This document shows, in pieces, positions 1 through 11,671 of a DNA stretch of 64,000 nt; the stretch's first letter is position 1, and the number at the start of each line of letters is the position of its first letter. This DNA comes from Octopus sinensis (taxonomy: Eukaryota), in NCBI RefSeq assembly GCF_006345805.1, contig NC_043004.1:75454001-75518000 (forward strand), in the 5' to 3' direction. The notes under the pieces are model-generated. The model saw nothing but the letters and a program-made list of their open reading frames with translations. It did no database searches and was not told the DNA's origin. The translations under genes were made by a program, and so were the position numbers.

Positions 1-84
1 ACGTCATTGTTTTCCTGGCCTTTCTATTCAGCTCCTTAAATTCGTCACTTCTCTGCTCTATCACACCAGCACTATACCTTAAAG

Positions 85-1640
85 CATAAGTTCTCAAAGT
101 GAGCACTACCGTCCCCTGGTGGGCGTTGAGACGGTCCAGGTGGACGCTGGTACCTAAGGGGCGGGAGAGAAAAATGGAGACGTTGGGAGGAAAGCAGTGG
201 ATTGGGGGACGCAATGACTCTATTATAGTATTGTTATAGTATTGTATACAAGTTGTATAATATTGGGATGTCCGGAAAGTTCGTGCCGATATTTAAAGGA
301 AAGAAAAAGATCAATAAATACATGCCATTATAGTTTTAATCAACCAAATATGAATCATTTTGTTGCACAATGTGTCTCCATCTTTCCTTTATCTTGAAAA
401 TACTCTCTTCCCAGAATTGAGGCGGTTTCATGGCAAAGAATTCATCAAGGTATCTTTTTACGTCATCCAAGGAATTGAAATTTTTACCATTAAGACTATT
501 CTGCAGAGACCTGAATAAATGGAATTCCGAAGGAGCAATATCTGGTGAATATGCTGCCGAGCTGCAGCAATTCTTTTCTGGTTACCAAAGAAACATGCGG
601 TCTTGCATTATCATGTTGGAAAACAACACCCTTCCTGACGCCAATTCTGGACGTTTCTCCTGAATTTTTGCTTTTAACTCGTCCAGTTGTGTGCAGTATT
701 TCTCAGAATTAATTGTCTGGTTACTTGGGAGAAGCTCAAAGTACAGAACTCCTTTCCAATCCCACCAGACACAAAACAAGACTTTTTTAGGGTGAAAACC
801 CGCTTTTGGAAGGATCGCTTTCTCTGAACATTTCGGTAGATAATCTGTTTCTCATCACCTGTCACAATTTGCTTTAAAAAAGGCGCATTTTCATTCCGTT
901 TATAAAGCGAATCACAGATGGAAATGCGATCCAAAAGGTTCTTCTCACTCAACTCATGTGGTACCCAAACATCGTTTCGATTTGTGTACCCAAGCTTTAC
1001 CAGGTGCTCATGAACGACGGACTTTGATAGGTTGAGGCTTTCTGCCAATTCTCAGGTTGTGCAATGTGGGTTATTCTCAATGAATGACTTGATTTGGTCA
1101 TCATCTGTAGTGGATGGTCTGCCTGATCGCTCTTTATCAATAAGGCTACAATCTCCAGCTCGGAACCTTGCGAACCACTTCCGTACAATTCTTTCAGATA
1201 AAGAAACATCACCGTAAACTGCGCATATTTCTTTGGTTGCTTGTGTCGCATTTTTCCCTTTACGGAAAAAGAAAAGCATCAAGTACCGAAAATGAACTTT
1301 CTTATCTTCCATTTTAAAGGATTACAGAATTAACACAGGTTATAGAAACATAAACCTTCTTCCACGAAAAGATAGCTTAAACTGTGCTCTAAATGGAGGT
1401 GTAGTCAAATCCTATTTTATGGACTCCACCATGTTCTAAAATAAGTCGAAAGGTAAGTTACTATAAATCGGCACGAACTTTCCGGACAACCCAATATTAT
1501 ATTAAATATTAAATGATTCATAGTATATATAAATTAGTAAAATATAAAATATTTATTTATGCATAAAAATAGGGGTGGGACGCTGAGGGTATCATGTGGC
1601 CATGAGGTGAGCAGTGACTCAAAATGTCTGAGAACATCTA
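85..1640. mobile_element. Decayed hAT-like MITE ends, interrupted by mariner 1
   Basis: Degenerate hAT/Charlie-type termini: CATAAGTTCTCAAA near 85 and TCTGAGAACATCTA near 1627-1640, with GC-rich subterminal segments flanking the mariner. Confidence 0.3.
263..1494 (-). mobile_element. Full-length decayed mariner transposon (mariner 1)
   Basis: About 28-bp TIRs TTGGGATGTCCGGAAAGTTCGTGCCGAT / ATCGGCACGAACTTTCCGGACAACCCAA flanked by TA at 261-262 and 1495-1496. Frameshifted transposase pieces (ORFs 1052-1312, 674-1048, 582-779) carry MEDKKVHFR N-terminus, WVPHEL, IVTGDEK, VWWDWKG and a YSPDIAP-like motif. Confidence 0.93.
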
Positions 1641-1649
1641 CCTCAGAGC

Positions 1650-2095
1650 TACCCCAGCCCATGTTTTGACAGCAAGTATCTTATTCTTACCACTCATCTG
1701 TGTCTTTAACACTGTCTCCGTTTATATTCTTTTGATATTAATTCTTTCATTTAGTCTGTTTCCAGGATGCCTAGGTACTTATACCTGTTGCCATTAGTTT
1801 CCTCCATAACTTGCTCTTCTGGTATTATAATTCCTTCGATCTTACCAATTCTCTTCAATAGTAGCACTCCACACATTTTTTTATATCAAACTCCACTCCT
1901 ATATCTATGCTGAATGTATGAACTGTCTGCACAAGGCACTCAATCTGATCATAAGATTTCCCAAAGAGTTTTGGGTCATCCATGAACAGCTGATAGCTTA
2001 TCTTAAACTCACGTCCTCCCCACTTGCAACAAGCCTTTGCCCTTTTCAGCACTAATAAAATTGGAACCATACACAATACAAAGAGCAAAGGCGAT
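1650..2095 (-). mobile_element. R4/Dong-like non-LTR retrotransposon RT fragment
   Basis: Translation SPLLFVLCMVP...ISYQLFMDDPKLFGK...FSIDIGVEFDIKKC...YRYLGILE matches the FMDD-type RT of R4-clade elements. Confidence 0.65.
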
Positions 2096-2098
2096 ATT

Positions 2099-2117
2099 GC
2101 TGTTGTTGTTGTTGTTG

Positions 2118-2185
<68 letters not shown>
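2099..2185. repeat. (GTT)n(ATT)n microsatellite
   Basis: Direct reading. Confidence 0.97.
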
Positions 2186-2187
2186 TA

Positions 2188-2398
2188 AGGCGGCGAGCTG
2201 GCAGAATCGTTAGCACACCGGACAAAATGCTTAGTGACATTATGTCCGTCTTGTTTTGAGTTCAAATCCCGTCGAAGTTGAGTTTGCCTTTCATTCTTTC
2301 AGGGTCACTGAAATAAGTACCAGTTACACACTGGGGTTGATATAGTCGACTTACACCTCCCACGAATTTCAGGCCTTGTGCCTATAGTAGAAAAGATA
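2188..2398 (+). mobile_element. tRNA-derived CORE-like SINE, family A
   Basis: Head GGCGGCGAGCTGGCAGAA (A-box), GAGTTCAAAT (B-box) and body GCCTTTCATCCTTTCGGGGTCGATAAATTAAGTACCAG resembling the CORE domain. Many more copies in the window. Confidence 0.8.
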
Positions 2399-2703
2399 TT
2401 ATTATTATCACTTAAGGAGGCGAGCTGGCAGAATCGTTTGCACGCCCGGCAAAATGCCGGGATTGGGAATACACTTAATTAAAAGAAAAAACATTGCTAA
2501 TTATTGCACAACGGAGCAGTTTCTATAGCTGGATAATAATTCAAGTTATAATATTAATCCAGATCTTGACACGAAGATTAAGCGAAATCCAATAAACCTT
2601 GTGAAATCAAAACCATTAAGGAGACTTCTGCGTGATACTTTTTCTTTAAATTTCCGTAGCTTAAAATCGATACAGTTCAGAAATGCATTTATAAATTTAT
2701 TAC

Positions 2704-2879
2704 CTGATTTATAGGTAAATAATACCACAGGTCAGCAAGATTACTCCGATAATATTCCGGACATGAATCTTGGCATCTGGTTGGAAGATAATCTCTTTTA
2801 TTCCCTCCATAAGTAAATACGGTATTCAGATTAATCGATGTATTTTGTTCAAGATAAACCACTTTGTGCCATTTATAAT
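2704..2879 (-). CDS. PAN/apple-domain secreted protein, downstream coding exon
   Basis: TTTCAG acceptor (2881-2880) and CAG|GTAATA donor. The 176-nt exon is open in phase 1, matching the phase-1 end of exon 6065-6407: DYKWHKVVYLEQNTSINLNTVFTYGGNKRDYLPTRCQDSCPEYYRSNLADLWYYLPINQ. Confidence 0.72.
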
Positions 2880-3074
2880 CTGAAATATATTAATATATTA
2901 AGTGGTGATATAGTTAAAAGGTGTAAAGAAAAGCAAATTCTTAATATGATGGATTTTTCCCCTTATTTGGAGAAAGAAAACAAAAACTTAACGGCAATAT
3001 TTAGCTTCTCTCAAAAGAAAAGGGAAATAATTTCAAGACATTATTAATTGATATCACGAAAAATTTATTTTTCA

Positions 3075-3810
3075 TGAAGAAGTAAAGCTCATTGTCACTT
3101 AATGATGGTTGTTCCGTAGGAATCGACGTTGCTGCTATTTTTAACCCCAGGAGGACGCTTCCCCCAGCTGCTTATTCGATGTAATCTGCACCCGATATAT
3201 ATCGCAAGCAGGGGAGTGAACCCCTATTATCTCCCAGCCATGAGACCACTTGATCGTATGGTTTCGACTTCTTTGTGGTCATTCTCAGTGAAGGACATTC
3301 GTCAACTAGAGCTAGCAGTAGTTCAATCCAGCTTGCAATGTTAAAAATAGCAGTAACGTCGCTATCCACGGAACAGCCATGTTTAAGTGAAAAATAAGCA
3401 TTACTTCTCACTGTAGACACTGCTTTCATCTCTTATCGAGATTTTCTAACTCGCTACTTTGCTTGTTGCAAATCAATGACTGTCACTTATTCTTCTATAT
3501 ATTGCAAACTGGAGTGAACTACTGCTGTTTCTAGAGGACAAGGATCCATCACTGAGGATGACCACAAAGGCCGTACAGTCTGGTGGTCTTGTGACCGGAT
3601 GATAGTAGGGGTTCACTCCCCTGCTTGCAATAAATATTGGATGCAGATTGCATAAAATAAGCAGCTGGAGGATGCGTCCTCCTGGGGCTAAAAATAGCAG
3701 TAACGTCGGCTCCTACAGAACAGCCATGTTTACGTGGCGATAAGTATTACTTCTCAGTACAGTTATTGCTTTCATCTTTTATAGATATTTTCTAACTCGC
3801 TAATCTGTTT
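3075..3810. mobile_element. Rearranged Penelope-like element remnant (inverted plus direct partial copies) with degenerate hammerhead motifs
   Basis: 3075-3340 (minus) is an inverted copy of 3500-3805 (plus), and 3343-3460 repeats 3690-3805 directly. Both long copies carry a CTGAG(G/A)A-T-GAC..GTC-GAAAC-like core. Confidence 0.55.
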
Positions 3811-3974
3811 AATTTTTATGCATATGCATCCACTAACATTTAACATGAGATTTTATTATCGCACATGAAGACAAACCGCGTTGGCCTTTTAGAGATAATA
3901 ACAGCAATAATTACATACTGAGAGATGCTTCTTGGACTTTATAAGCTATTGCTACAGTAACATGCGATTTGCCT

Positions 3975-4290
3975 AGCATAACCGGAAACAACTGTGCTAT
4001 ATTTGTGGCAATGGCGGCTCCTATCACCTACCTGCGCCATCTTTCTTTGCCGCTTTCTAATATATATTCTAATATATATTACTAATATATACACATACAA
4101 TGTAATATCAAAATGTGTGTTTGTGTGTGCGAGTTTCTGTGACAGAGAAAGGGAAAGAGAGCGGGGTCTTGAGTATTTAATTGCTGATAAAAATGCGCGC
4201 CTGGTGATTTTTATTGGAGATTGGGAGTCAAATTCGAGAAAACCTGCCGACCCCATTGCTTTACGCTGATTGGTTGGTTAATAGATCAAT
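3975..4290 (-). promoter_or_regulatory. Probable housekeeping-type promoter / first exon
   Basis: Locally CpG-rich. YY1-type AAGATGGCG (minus, about 4043-4035) and CAATGGCGGC (plus, about 4010), ETS-type CCGGAA (about 3981), several CCAAT boxes on the minus strand (about 4213-4272). Confidence 0.55.
4032..4040 (-). CDS. Putative first coding micro-exon (MAQ) of an unidentified gene continuing to the left
   Basis: AAG ATG GCG CAG|GTAGGT: ATG in good context followed by a strong donor. No in-frame partner exon found in the window. Confidence 0.4.
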
Positions 4291-5171
4291 CACGGAAAAC
4301 TATAGGGTGTGCTCGTGATGTCTGAGCGCGTATCCAAAGATTCGGTCTCGAATCACCGCAACAGATTCAACGGATGCATAATTTACATTTAGTAAAAATT
4401 TTACATCAAATTAAATCGTTCACGAATAGAAATCGAGAATTTTTTTGCTTTTTTTGCTTTTTCATGAACCCTAGGACTCATAAGGCCCGTAATCCAGTTT
4501 CCATGCCGTATAAGTAACCAAAATCACTATATTTCCCCTGAACGGGACTCCTATCCTTTGCCATGTTCAAAGCCAGCAATTTTTGAGAGGAAAGGATTAA
4601 CTGATAATATCAACCCCAGCACTTGAGTGATACTTTATTTTTGTCGACCCCTAAAGTAATGAAACGTAAAACTGATCTCGGCGGTATTTGAACCTAACCT
4701 AAAGAACGGGAGGAGATTCCACTCAGCATTTTGTACGACATGCTAACGATACTACCAGCTCGCAGCCATAAAAGGTTTTACTGTAGCGAAAATTTATTTT
4801 CGGTACGGAACACTGAAATACATTTGCGGCTGTAAACAGCTCGAGAAGGAAGGTCATTGCTCTGCAAAACGCCCACGCTGAAGCAATTCTTGGTTATCTT
4901 AGTCTTTGACAAACTTTGAAGAAGATTCATTCTGAATGTTATTAAATTGCATCGAAAGGACTGAGTTCTTCTTCGTTTCTGGTGCTGGTCTTTAGCATCT
5001 ACTAACACTTCACAGAACCTAAATTTATTTTTCATTAGAATTCTTTTTGTAAGTTTTAGGAAATGCCATCATAAACCTACAATTCTAAATTATAGTTATG
5101 AAATAGCAGCTAACCTGATGGGCAATCACACATCAACAGTCTTCAAACTTTGATCTATCGTTTAAAAGCAT

Positions 5172-5183
5172 TCTCTCTCTCTC

Positions 5184-5279
<96 letters not shown>

Positions 5280-5286
5280 TCTCCTC

Positions 5287-5305
<19 letters not shown>
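5172..5305. repeat. (CT)n microsatellite
   Basis: Direct reading. Confidence 0.97.
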
Positions 5306-5321
<16 letters not shown>

Positions 5322-5507
5322 CTTTCTTCTAACATCGATCATGTATTCTATATCGTTCATGCACAATATTTTCTACTCTAGGCACAAGGCCCGAAATTTT
5401 GGAGGAGATTGTTCCGTTGATCGGATCAACTGGAACACACATCATCGTAACTGACGGAGTGCCATTAACAGTTTCTAAGAAAATCTACCTGACAAAACTA
5501 TTCTTAA

Positions 5508-5900
5508 TGAGCTGGCAGAAACGTTAGCACTCCGGGCGAAATGCTTAGCGGTATTTCGTCTGCCGTTACGTTCTGAGTTCAAATTCCGCCGAGGTCGACT
5601 TTGCCTTTCATCTTTTCGGGGTCGATTAAATAAGTACCAGTTACGCACTGGGGTCCATGTAATCGACTTAATCCGTTTGTCTGTTCTTGTTTGTCCCCTC
5701 TGTGTTTAACCCCTTGTGGGTAGTAAAGAAATAGGTATTTCGTCTGCCACTACGTTCTGATTTCAAATTCCGCTGAGGTCGACTTTGTTTTTCACCCTTT
5801 CAGGGTCGATAAATTAAGTACCAGTTGCGTACTGGGATCGATCTAATCGACTGGTCCCCTCTTCCCCAAAATTTCGGACCTTGCGCCTAGAGTAGAAACA
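5508..5900 (+). mobile_element. SINE family A dimer (head-CORE-tail1-Bbox-CORE-tail2)
   Basis: Second module restarts at GGTATTTCGTCTGCC right after AAGAAATA of tail 1. Confidence 0.8.
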
Positions 5901-6064
5901 GTTATCATTATACTTTGGACTATGGACGAAATTCACAAACTGCTTTCGGTATCTTTCTTCTGCGCATTGATACAGAGCTCTATAGCTTTATATTTTTATC
6001 GCTATCCGTAAATCAAATGAAAATGTTAATTAAAATAAGTATAATTCATTACTTTGTGTCTTAC

Positions 6065-6407
6065 CTTCAACTAAATAATAAGATGAGCTTCCACTTTCGT
6101 CTACAGTATAGATATTGTCTTTCCAGGTGTGAAACATTTTACAGTCTCTCTTCGCATACTTAAAGAATGCGCAATCGTACTCATAGTTACAAAGCATGGC
6201 ACAATGAGCTAGATCATCGACTTGTAGAACAGGATAGGTGTTTAGAACACTTTTAAAGTTCTTATTCTCGGGTAGTTTCCTATAAGCAGCTGTCACGGCC
6301 GACTCTGTATTTCCTAGAAACTGCATTGCAATAATAACAAGTATCAATGTTTCTTTGATAAATTTAGGAGATAACTTCCTGTCTGTATATGATGACGATA
6401 TTTCCAT
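6065..6407 (-). CDS. PAN/apple-domain secreted protein, first coding exon (signal peptide plus PAN domain)
   Basis: TTTACAG acceptor at 6411-6410, ATG at 6407. Hydrophobic leader LILVIIAMQFLG, then PAN-type cysteine spacing CAMLC...DCAFF...DC. Donor GAAG|GTAAGA at 6064. Confidence 0.82.
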
Positions 6408-6724
6408 ATCTGTAAAGAGTAAAAAATAAATACATTTGGCTAGGAAAGAGGTGATGCAGGGGTGCAAATGGATCCACTAAAGGGTTTTCGTTTTTTGTTG
6501 TTGTTTTTTTTTTTTTTTGTGGCGATAGGTGAAATAATGAAAATGCTTTGAACATCCTCCTGAAAAACTGGGTTTGCGCCCCTTAGACAAATTTCGTTCC
6601 TGTGAAATTGACGTGCAAGTGGTTGAACACTCCACAAACACGCGTACCCTTAACGTACTTTCAGGGAGACTCAGCTTGACACAGAATATAACACGGCTGT
6701 CTCTTTGAAATACAAGTACAACTC

Positions 6725-6850
6725 GTTTTTGCAAGCTCAGTGGACTAGAACGACGTGAAATAAAGTGTCTTGCTCAAGGACACAACGCGTCGCTGCGTAT
6801 CGAACTCACAGCTTTACGATCGTGAGCTGAATAGTTTAACCACAGAGCGA
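6725..6850 (-). mobile_element. tRNA-derived SINE, family D
   Basis: tRNA-like head followed by TCCTTGAGCAAGACACTTTATTTCAC. Related copies near 37405-37590, 57600-57770 and 60085-60225. Confidence 0.65.
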
Positions 6851-6984
6851 CTCGCTTTCACTAAAGACCACACACAGATTCCTTCGATAGCTCGTATAAT
6901 AAAGTTTTTTGTTTGTTTTGTTTTGTTTTTAAATTAACTATACTCTCATCATTTTTTTTTTTTTTTTGGTGGAGGGTGAGGCTA

Positions 6985-7222
6985 TGGAATATATTTCTTT
7001 ACTGCCCACAAGGGGCTAAACATAGAGGAGACAAACAAGGACAAACAAACGGATTAAGTCGATTACATAGACGCCAGTGCGAAACTGGTACTTATTTATC
7101 GAGACCGAAAGGATGAAAGGCAAAGTCGACCTCGGCGGAATTTGAACTCAGAACGTAGCGACAGATGAAATACCGCTAAGCATTTCGCCCGGCGCGCTAA
7201 CGTGTCTGCCAGCTCGCCGCCT
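6985..7222 (-). mobile_element. SINE family A
   Basis: Complete head, CORE-like body and tail 1 on the minus strand. Confidence 0.8.
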
Positions 7223-7964
7223 TCTAGTTACCTGCCGTCCAAGAATTTGGACCAAGAGATCTCCATTTCCAGCGACTTCGAGGGCCACCTCCCAGTGGTG
7301 TCGGGCGTCAACGAAGAGCCTTCGACTACAACAAAACGATCAATGTTTTTTTTTTCAAAGGTCTGGGAGTCTTCCGCCCCTAAACCCTAGACCATCACCT
7401 AATCACCCTTACCCGTCTTGTTGCTTAACAACAACAACAAAAATGACGGTTACCTTGACAATCACTTTCACCACCACAACCAGTATAACCACTGCAATAC
7501 CACCATCACACAACTAACACTGTCATCAACACCACTATTACCACCATCACTCGGCGTCACACATCACACCGCTCCTGTCACCATTATAACCACCGATACT
7601 ATTTTATCCTCCTCCCATACTTATCTCGATCATCGTCATCATCAACACTGTCTCTGCTTTCACCACAATCACCGTCAAAACTACGATCACCACAATCAGT
7701 TTCTTTACACAGTTGAAAATCCATTATCCGATACTCATGGGACCGAGATTGTTGCAGATTTTTGATTTTTCTAATTTCGGAGTGCTTTATAAAAAAGAAT
7801 AACGGAATAGTTTGAGGATAGAAACCAGGTCTATAGACATATTCTGAATGTAGTTCTATATGAATCTTTAATAATTTTTTTTATACTTAAGATCATCAGA
7901 AATGTTAAGATATCAGCTTCTATCCACGTTGTCATGCTTTGATTAAAAGGTTACAGCTTAGATT

Positions 7965-8520
7965 AGATTACTTAGATAAGTTTCAACCGAAGTTGACTCA
8001 GTCCATGTCTAGTTTAATAGCTCCACCTGGAAGAGATACACAGTCACCTCTGGGGAACCGTAGTCCATTCAAGCAGAGGGTTATTATTTTCATAGACATA
8101 GCTGGATGAGGGTGGTTTATCTGGTATTTGTTGGGAGTAATCATCTAGGGGTCGTTTGAATGCCATGAAGTCTCTTTCCTCCTTTACGTGTGTCTTGCAC
8201 GATGCTGAAGAGAGCCGGGCTAATTGAGGTGAACTAGTTCTGTCATAGTGTTGTGATATGACACGAACATTTCTATAGTGGACTGATGGCACGGGGGCCA
8301 AGCCTCGGACGAATTTTAAAGATGGACAATATTGATGGAATATTTTCCACATTATACAGATGATGTAGAGCTCACAGCGGCAATGGAGGGAGCAATGCCT
8401 GAGCTTTTTGAGTCAATCCCAATAGTCAAGGCTTGCATGTCATCCTCCACAGACCTCCGCCAAGCAGCATATTTTAAGATAGATACGCGAGTAAAATTAC
8501 CAACAGAGAAACGAAAATAA
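7965..8520 (-). mobile_element. CR1-clade LINE 3' fragment
   Basis: ORF2 C-terminal motif AFKRPLDDYSQQIPDKP...NPLLE, then a 3' tail similar to the one at 63775-63860. Confidence 0.6.
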
Positions 8521-8559
8521 ACTTAGGAAACAGCAACGCCACCATAGGTTACGTGGGAA

Positions 8560-8826
8560 CGATGAACGTGTTTTCAAGGGAGATAATCAAAGAATATAAC
8601 ATTGTAATACTTCATGTAAAGTAAACATAACAAATGAAAAATCCTTCAAGAATCCATTAAAATTCCCGGATCACTACCAAAATTTCATCATCTGTTCCTT
8701 GTGTCATTACCAACTTTTCCTGCGAGTTTCATCAAATACCGTTCACAACTTTTTGAGTTATTTTGTACACAGACAGACGGACAAACCAACGCCAATGAAA
8801 ACATAACCTCCCTCCTTGGCGGAGGA
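8560..8826 (+). mobile_element. Non-autonomous interspersed element with terminal stem-loop (Helentron/HINE-like)
   Basis: Ends in AAACATAACCTCC(C)TCCTTGGCGGAGG hairpin after an (ACAG)-rich tract. The classification is from memory of similar invertebrate repeats. Confidence 0.4.
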
Positions 8827-9374
8827 AATAAATAAACTCATTCAACATATTTGTACTCGTGCAAATATGATACACAATAGTTCATTGATGGTGATATGGT
8901 AGTTAAGATATCGATATATATACATTTATGTGGCGGGGGTTGAAAGACCCCCCCCAGTAGTACTACCGTTGCGGACCACCGGGGATCCGTAGACCACAAA
9001 AAAAATCTCTCCAAAATATTCTAACTACTATAGGCACAAAACCTAAAACTTTGGGGCAGGGTGCCAGTCCATTGCATCGACCCCAGTACACAACTGGTAT
9101 TTATTTTATCGACCGCCAAAAGGATGAGAGGCAAAGTTGATGTCCGAAATTTGAATCCAGAACGTCATATTTTCCTCATTGCACTTAAGAACATCTCAAA
9201 CATGTGTCATGGTGGTCCTCTAGGACATGAAGACACGAGATAGGCGACTTCTTGAATTGCTGGCATTTTCAACCGACTCTGTACTAAGGGTGTTGATAAA
9301 GTCGACGAAAACCCTTAAACATTTGGAACTCCAGCTAGGCTCCTGTCCTAAGAATAACACCACCCATAAGTTTT

Positions 9375-9712
9375 GTAGAGGGGGCCAGTCGACTAGATCG
9401 ACCCCAGTACGCAACTGCTACTTAATTTATCGACCCCGAAAGGATGAAAGGCAAAGTCGACCTCGGCGGAATTCGAACTCAGAACGTAAAGACAGACGAA
9501 ATACCGCTAAGCATTTCTTATTTATTTATTGCCCACAAGGGGCTAAACACAGAGAGGACAAACAAGGACAGACAAACGGATTAAGTCGATTACATCGACC
9601 CCGGTGCGTAACCGGTACTTAATTTATCGACCCCGAAAGGATGAAAGGCAAAGTCGACCTCGGCGGAATTTGAACTCAGAACGTAGCGGCAGACGAAATC
9701 CGCCTTAAAATA
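9375..9712 (-). mobile_element. SINE family A multimer
   Basis: Two B-box/CORE modules in tandem with different tails. Confidence 0.78.
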
Positions 9713-10182
9713 ATAAATATATCATTTCCTACCTGACTCCTTATATTCACACAAGTATAGTGTAAAGTCTTCTTAGTGCTGTCCTTTTCAATTCTTCCGC
9801 AACTTTTCGTTCGATTAAGATGATAATGAAGTGCTGCAGATAATCCAGAGAATTTATACTTTTCTTTTTGATGATCGATAATCATGTTGTTGGTGATGTT
9901 GTTATTATTGTCACTATGTATCAATAAACTAATAAGTCGTGAACGACAATGAAGTTACAGCGAGGTTTCGCCTTAAACACTCGCGCACACGCACCAACAC
10001 ACAAATGCGCAAACACGCGCACACATGCTCACTTACATACGTATATGAGTGCGTGTGCGTATGTGTATGTGTGTATGTGTAATACGGATTAGAAACACAG
10101 CCGACAACTAATGAAGGGTCGTTCTTTGTTGTTCGCATAAACATTTCATATTCTATGTCCTCGTACTTCGTATATGTATATA

Positions 10183-10230
<48 letters not shown>

Positions 10231-10231
<1 letters not shown>

Positions 10232-10612
10232 TAGCAGTATCGCCCGGCGTTGCTCGGGTTTGTAAGGGAAATAACTATAAAGGATTTTTTTGAGAGTTAT
10301 AGCCAAAAAATAGCAAAAAAATGGGAAAAAAAGATGGTAAATTTTTTTTGATAGTTAAAAAGATCGAGTTGCGTCCCCATGACCATCTGTGGTTTGTATT
10401 TCTGATTGTCGACCCCATGTTGAATTTATCGATCTTTTTCAGAACTGGGGGGACTTTTCAAAATTTTCGCTGCGTTAGTTTTGAATTATGACATTGGGCT
10501 ATGTGTGTGTCAAGTTTCATCAGAATCGGTTGAAAGCCGTGGTCAGGGTGAGGGTACAAGCAAACAGACACACAGAAACACAGACAGACAAACTGCCGTT
10601 TATATAGAGAGA
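10231..10612 (-). mobile_element. Non-autonomous Helitron
   Basis: Sense 5' A|TC and 3' hairpin CCCGAGCAACGCCGGG followed by CTAG|T. No TSD. Confidence 0.72.
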
Positions 10613-10649
10613 GATATATATATGTATATATGTATGTGTGTGGGTGTGT

Positions 10650-10690
<41 letters not shown>

Positions 10691-10959
10691 TGTGTGTGTA
10701 TGTATGTATATATATAGCAAAGTGAAATTGTAAGGTACCGCACGAGTGGAAATATATATGAAAGAAAGTTTGAAAATGCAATTTTAAAAGATGTTTATTC
10801 ACTTGACCAGTTTCACTTTATTAGAAAAAGATTGTCAAAAGTAAAATGTGAAGCTTTGCAGAAGCTTTGTTGTGTTAAGAACTGGTTATCACAAAAGTAT
10901 TAAAATACAGATATACATTCTTTGATTATCAAATAATGTATATATTTGATATATATATA

Positions 10960-11160
10960 CATTTATTTGTTGCAGGTGTTTGATTGCGGCCATGCTGGAG
11001 CTCCGCCTTTAGTCGAAGAAATCGACCCAGGACTTATTCTTTGTAAGCCTAGTACTTATTCTATCGGTCTCTTTTGCCGAACGCTAGGTTGCGGGGGTGT
11101 AAATACACCAGAATCGGTTGTCAAGCGATGGTTGGGTGGAAACAAACACAGACATACAAA
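10960..11160 (-). mobile_element. SINE family B, 3' part
   Basis: Contains the family B tail GGCGGAGCTCCAGCATGGCCGCAATCAAA. Confidence 0.75.
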
Positions 11161-11246
11161 TAGATACATGTTATATATATGTATGCATAAACATACATAT
11201 ATAAACATACACACACACAAACGCACGCAGACACACTCACTCACAA

Positions 11247-11287
<41 letters not shown>

Positions 11288-11671
11288 AAGACTTTTATTG
11301 ATGTCAGTCATTGAACAACAATCTTGTCAGATTATGCATGCGCGTGTGTATGTGTGTATGAATACACATACACGCATGTGTGTGTATGTGTGTGTGTATA
11401 GTTATATGTAGAAACATATGTCTATATGTATGTACTTATGGACGTATATCGCGTGTATATCAGCGATAAGATTGAGAACATTGAACTCAGGACGTGCAAT
11501 TAAAAATCAGTTTCAGATAAACGCATTCTACCTCATTTCACACGCATGCATCAGTATACACACACACTCACATATATACACGTGTATATATACGTACACA
11601 TACTCCCCCACGTGCACACGCACACACACGCACTAACACAAACACAGGCATGTGACAATTAAGCATACATC

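Noticed and set aside
2520-2700. Continuation of the PAN-gene second domain directly after exon 2704
   Set aside because: Stops in the continuing frame and only weak, frame-hopping resemblance to the expected residues. No convincing exon.
4778-5035. 85-aa minus ORF as the next PAN-gene exon
   Set aside because: The phase-1 join gives a stop after five codons and the peptide has no domain features. Exon 2704-2879 fits better.
7232-7325. GC-rich 94-nt candidate exon (minus, AG/GT bounded)
   Set aside because: No frame joins the 6407 ORF and no homology was recognised. At most a UTR exon.
9733-9836. Candidate minus-strand exon ending CAG|GTAGGA
   Set aside because: Not in frame with the PAN exon. 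Possible 5' UTR exon but unsupported without RNA data.
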